Source of the DNA: Massalongia carnosa
Lineage: Eukaryota
NCBI GenBank assembly: GCA_965645245.1
Contig: OZ287075.1
Location: 1,054,001 to 1,118,000, forward strand
Direction of reading: 5' to 3'
Length of the DNA: 64,000 bases
Made by a program: the position numbers and the translations under genes. Shown here in pieces: positions 60,438 to 64,000 of the stretch; position 1 is the stretch's first letter, and every line of letters begins with the position of its first letter. Under the pieces are notes generated by a model that saw only the letters and a list, made by a program, of their open reading frames with translations, did no database searches and was not told the origin of the DNA.

Positions 60438-63400
60438 TTATAAGAATCCCTTACTATCGCTCATTCGCCTCTCAGCCACTCCACTCTTTGGGGCTGCACC
60501 AGCGCCGGCACTAGCTGAGTTGCCGCTTAGATGTGCACTCCCAATCTTCCCCCCGTTGCAAAACCCATTTGTGCTTGTGCTGGTCCGGAAAATACCTCCC
60601 CCTCCCCACTCATTCCCACTCACTGCGCCCCTCAAACTTCCGCTCCAATCACCACCGCTCCCAATCTTACCTCCCCCTCTTTCCATCCTCAGCCCCTTCC
60701 ACCCCTCCAGCTCCCTCTCTAAGCGCAACGCCTTTTCTCTCTCCTCGCGAAGATCGCGCTCCGCCCGCCTGGCCGCCAGCTGGCTCTGTGCCTCCTCGGC
60801 CTGTAGCTCGTCCACCGTCTGCAGGAGGCGATCAATTTTATCACGGCCCTTGGCAATGTCGTTGGTCAGCTGCTGTGCCTGTTTATCGCGCCGGGAGATT
60901 TGTGCTTGCAGGTCGCGGACTGTGCGGTCAATGTTGCGGACGGAGCGGAGGGAGGTCGCGTGCTTGGACTCGTGGGCTTCGATTTGGTGTTCGAGCTGGG
61001 GCGGCAAAACGAAAGGTAAGCTGTTAGTTGGTTGTTTCTTTAAAATATAGACGCAAGGAAGGAAGGTAGAAAATAACAGGATAGAGGAGATAATTACCTC
61101 CTGCACTCTCCCGTTTAGAAACCTCACGTCTTGACTGGTACTCGAGTAACCTTTAGTCTCCAAATCAACAACACGGCCATGTAGATCTTTGACTGTTTTT
61201 TCCAATGCAGCTTTCTCCTTGTGCAACGTAGCGTTGATCTCCCGTTCCGCAACGACATCCTTCTGCATCTCCGTTGCGAGCGTCTCGGCTCTTCGCATCT
61301 TGTCCACTGCCGCGGCGGTGACATCTTCTTGCTGGGCAAGTTGCGATTTTAAATCGAGCAGCTCGCGATTCATGCCGGCCCCGTTGTGCCTTGAGGGGCT
61401 TTCGCCCCGAGCAAGATCTTCAAGTCGGTCACCTGCTTCAGAAAGCCGAGTTTCAAGGCCGCGTTTTTCCTTTTGAAGCATATCTCGCTCAGCGGCAACG
61501 TCGTCCATTGAAGTGCGTAAGTTACGTAATTGAGACAACAAGGACACGATTCTAGCCTGGGCATCATTGTGCGCGTTTACGGCCTCTTCTCTTGATGACG
61601 ACAGGTCTTGCAATGTCAACTCGAGCCTTGATTTTTCCTTTGCCCATGTGGAGCTGTTCAATACCTCATCATGGCATCTTGATCGAAGCTCCTCCAACTC
61701 ATCACGGATCCGCGTGTTCTCCGACCGAGCATGTATGACATTTTCGCGCTCAACCTGAAGCTCCTTGGTCAGAGCCAAAAACTCGTTTTGATACTTCTTT
61801 CGCGTTTGCTCCATTAAGGTCTCCTTATCCTCGATGTCCGTGGCTCGTTGGCTTCTGTACTCCTCAAGCTCGTGCTGCAGCCTTTTCTTCGCTTGGAGAG
61901 CTCCCTCCAAATCAGCGGCCAAATCTTCAACCTTTGCTTCATATTGTTGATTCTGTCGCTGCAAGTCTTCAACAAGAACATCCATTTGTTTCCGTTCCGC
62001 TACAATGTTTAAGCACGTATCCCCAGATTCTTGCGCTTGAGCTTTGGCAGTCTGCTCCGCACGAGTAGCTTTGAGGACTGCTATCTCAGCTTGCTCGAGT
62101 TTGCTAAAGTACTCGTCTGCTCGACGCTTGTAAAGGTTAAGGCTTGAAGTAAGATCAGCCTCCGTTTTTCTCTTGGCATTCATGAGCTCGTCCAGCTGAT
62201 CTTCAAGGGTTTCTTGATCCTCTAATGCACCAGCAAGCTTTTCGCTTAGCTCAGCTTCGCGATGCTGGAGCTGTTTGAAGGCTTCCTCTTTAATAAGGAC
62301 CAGGGAATGTTCACTTTCTCGCAGCTTCTCAGCCAATTCATCCTCACGGCGTTGAGATTGCTTGAGAATCCCTGCTTTCTCAAGAGCGAAGGAACGTTCG
62401 CTATCAGCCAGCTTTTTGCTAAGCTCCGCTTCCCGCTGCTGAAGTCGCTGAGAGGCCTCCTTTTTCTCGATGGCGAAGGAACGTTCGCTTTCACCAATTT
62501 GTTGGGTCAATTCCGCTTCTCGTCGTTGGAATCGCTGAAAGGTCTCCTCTTCATCAAGCGCTCGTGAACGTTGGCTTTCGGAAAATTGGCGAAGTTGCTG
62601 GATCTCCGTATCTCTTTGCCCCAACATGTCCTCCAACTTTTTTTTCCCCAAGCTTTCATGATGCAACTTTAGCTCGAGCCTTTGTATTATATCGTCTCGT
62701 TTCTTGATTTCCCCGATCGTTCTAGACGCCTCAGCAAGCTTCTCACTCAACTCACTTTCGCGATGCTGGAGCCGCTTGAAAATCTCTTCTTTATCAAGGG
62801 CCAAAGAACGTTCATTTTCAAGGGTCTTTTGGATACGTTGAACTTCTGTATGTGCTCGCCTTCGTTCGTCTTCTAGTTTTTGCCTCTCAGTATTATCCTT
62901 CTGCATTTTGGTCTCAAGCTTCTGTATCCGCTCGTCTCGTTTTTTAACTTCCCCTGCACTAGTTGTGGCCCCAAGTAGCGGTTTCATGCGAACAAATAGT
63001 CTCCACCATGGATTATTGCAAAGATCAACGTAGACTTGAAGATTGTGCCATATGATACGGGTAGCTTCTGCTCGATAGAGGCGCTTGTTTACGATCCTTC
63101 TTTGGGTGAAACCGCGTGCGACCGACTGAAATCTAGACATGATGTCACGTATCAAGGAATCACGTCGCTCTTCCAACTCTGCAAGCACGCCGGCCCTGAA
63201 GAATACCTTGGTGAGTCCAACGCGATAAAGTGCCTTGTCTAACTCGAGCCTCTCCAACATTATTTGAGCCGCCGTTTTGCCGTCAAGATAGCCCTTGGGC
63301 ATATTATGACACAAAACTTCATAGCGCTGACGGAACTCAGAAAATGGAAGTCTGTTCGGGAATCCTGTCCTTGCAATTCGTATTCCTTCTAGGACTCCGT

Positions 63401-64000
63401 TGCAACGAAGTTGGTCAAGTACAAGTGGAGCGCTGAATTGCTTGGGCCTTTTCTTATGGTTCGGAAGAATACAGCGTACGAAATGAGGATGAGTTGAATG
63501 AAGTTGGTTCATCAAGCTTGCAAGCTGCTCCTTGTGCCGTTGCGCAACAGTTCGGAAAAGGCCTTTCTTAACACGACTCCTTACTGCACCATTATCATCC
63601 TCCAGATCGTTGCAATCAGCAAAAAGCCCTGCAACATGTTTGTCCTTTGATGATGCAAGCAATCGCGTCACGTTATCATTTAGAGGATCCTTGTTCTTTT
63701 CCAACCATCCACTTGTAGAGTACTCGACTTCGGCGGCATAGTGAATTAAGACGAACCCTTGCGCCAAACGCGATGCCTTGTACTTTGGAGTCTTGCGATC
63801 CCACAAAGAGTGCATCTTATCCGTGAAAGATTTGTCGGTCGCTTTGGGCATGACCGAGTCCTCATCTAAACAGGAGAAGATTCCGATCGGGTTGGGAAGC
63901 TCAATCAAGTCGATCGTCGGCTGAAGATCTTTTCCGAAGTCAATGAATTTCCATTCAATTTGTTCCCGTGCATACTCTTCTTGTTCGAGCACAAACATAT
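60438..64000 (-). CDS. Myosin type II heavy chain, 3' part (motor C-terminus, IQ, coiled-coil tail); intron 61097-60996; continues beyond the window
   Basis: FVLEQEEYAREQIEWKFIDFG, HYAAEVEY...WLEKNKDPLN, PHFVRCILPN, QLRCNGVLEGIRIARTGFPNR, VGLTKVFFRAGVLAELEE, WWRLFVRMKPLL, followed by a long heptad-rich tail. Confidence 0.95.
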   Translation of the reverse strand, partial: MFVLEQEEYAREQIEWKFIDFGKDLQPTIDLIELPNPIGIFSCLDEDSVMPKATDKSFTDKMHSLWDRKTPKYKASRLAQGFVLIHYAAEVEYSTSGWLEKNKDPLNDNVTRLLASSKDKHVAGLFADCNDLEDDNGAVRSRVKKGLFRTVAQRHKEQLASLMNQLHSTHPHFVRCILPNHKKRPKQFSAPLVLDQLRCNGVLEGIRIARTGFPNRLPFSEFRQRYEVLCHNMPKGYLDGKTAAQIMLERLELDKALYRVGLTKVFFRAGVLAELEERRDSLIRDIMSRFQSVARGFTQRRIVNKRLYRAEATRIIWHNLQVYVDLCNNPWWRLFVRMKPLLGATTSAGEVKKRDERIQKLETKMQKDNTERQKLEDERRRAHTEVQRIQKTLENERSLALDKEEIFKRLQHRESELSEKLAEASRTIGEIKKRDDIIQRLELKLHHESLGKKKLEDMLGQRDTEIQQLRQFSESQRSRALDEEETFQRFQRREAELTQQIGESERSFAIEKKEASQRLQQREAELSKKLADSERSFALEKAGILKQSQRREDELAEKLRESEHSLVLIKEEAFKQLQHREAELSEKLAGALEDQETLEDQLDELMNAKRKTEADLTSSLNLYKRRADEYFSKLEQAEIAVLKATRAEQTAKAQAQESGDTCLNIVAERKQMDVLVEDLQRQNQQYEAKVEDLAADLEGALQAKKRLQHELEEYRSQRATDIEDKETLMEQTRKKYQNEFLALTKELQVERENVIHARSENTRIRDELEELRSRCHDEVLNSSTWAKEKSRLELTLQDLSSSREEAVNAHNDAQARIVSLLSQLRNLRTSMDDVAAERDMLQKEKRGLETRLSEAGDRLEDLARGESPSRHNGAGMNRELLDLKSQLAQQEDVTAAAVDKMRRAETLATEMQKDVVAEREINATLHKEKAALEKTVKDLHGRVVDLETKGYSSTSQDVRFLNGRVQEVIISSILLFSTFLPCVYILKKQPTNSLPFVLPPQLEHQIEAHESKHATSLRSVRNIDRTVRDLQAQISRRDKQAQQLTNDIAKGRDKIDRLLQTVDELQAEEAQSQLAARRAERDLREEREKALRLERELEGWKGLRMERGGGKIGSGGDWSGSLRGAVSGNEWGGGGIFRTSTSTNGFCNGGKIGSAHLSGNSASAGAGAAPKSGVAERRMSDSKGFL

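Overview
Intron-containing eukaryotic DNA from a filamentous ascomycete (Pezizomycotina, shown by a Woronin-body hex1 gene and GT-AG introns with CTRAY branch sites). I assembled gene models by hand from splice signals. Core genes are sec11, an E2 ubiquitin-conjugating enzyme, a membrane-anchored pepsin-like protein, hex1, two uncharacterised conserved fungal proteins, an Hrr1/ZNFX1-type RNAi helicase, spt8, a DUF7918-like protein and the 3' part of a type II myosin. The first ~17 kb is an accessory block with several damaged genes (PWWP-BTB, lectin-like, HET) and an intact SGNH/CE3 esterase. A degenerate two-ORF PIF/Harbinger transposon sits at ~57.2-59.9 kb. The most interesting signals are: (1) a spliced, in-frame, AUG-free ~245-codon N-terminal extension of HEX-1 with a CUG in strong start context; (2) a PWWP+BTB gene that is frame-perfect except for two UGA codons; (3) recurrent C-rich to G-rich skew flips near gene 3' ends on both strands; (4) a myosin II with a remodelled, apparently shortened tail. 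I saw no rRNA, tRNA or CRISPR features. Family names come from motif recognition only; no searches were run.
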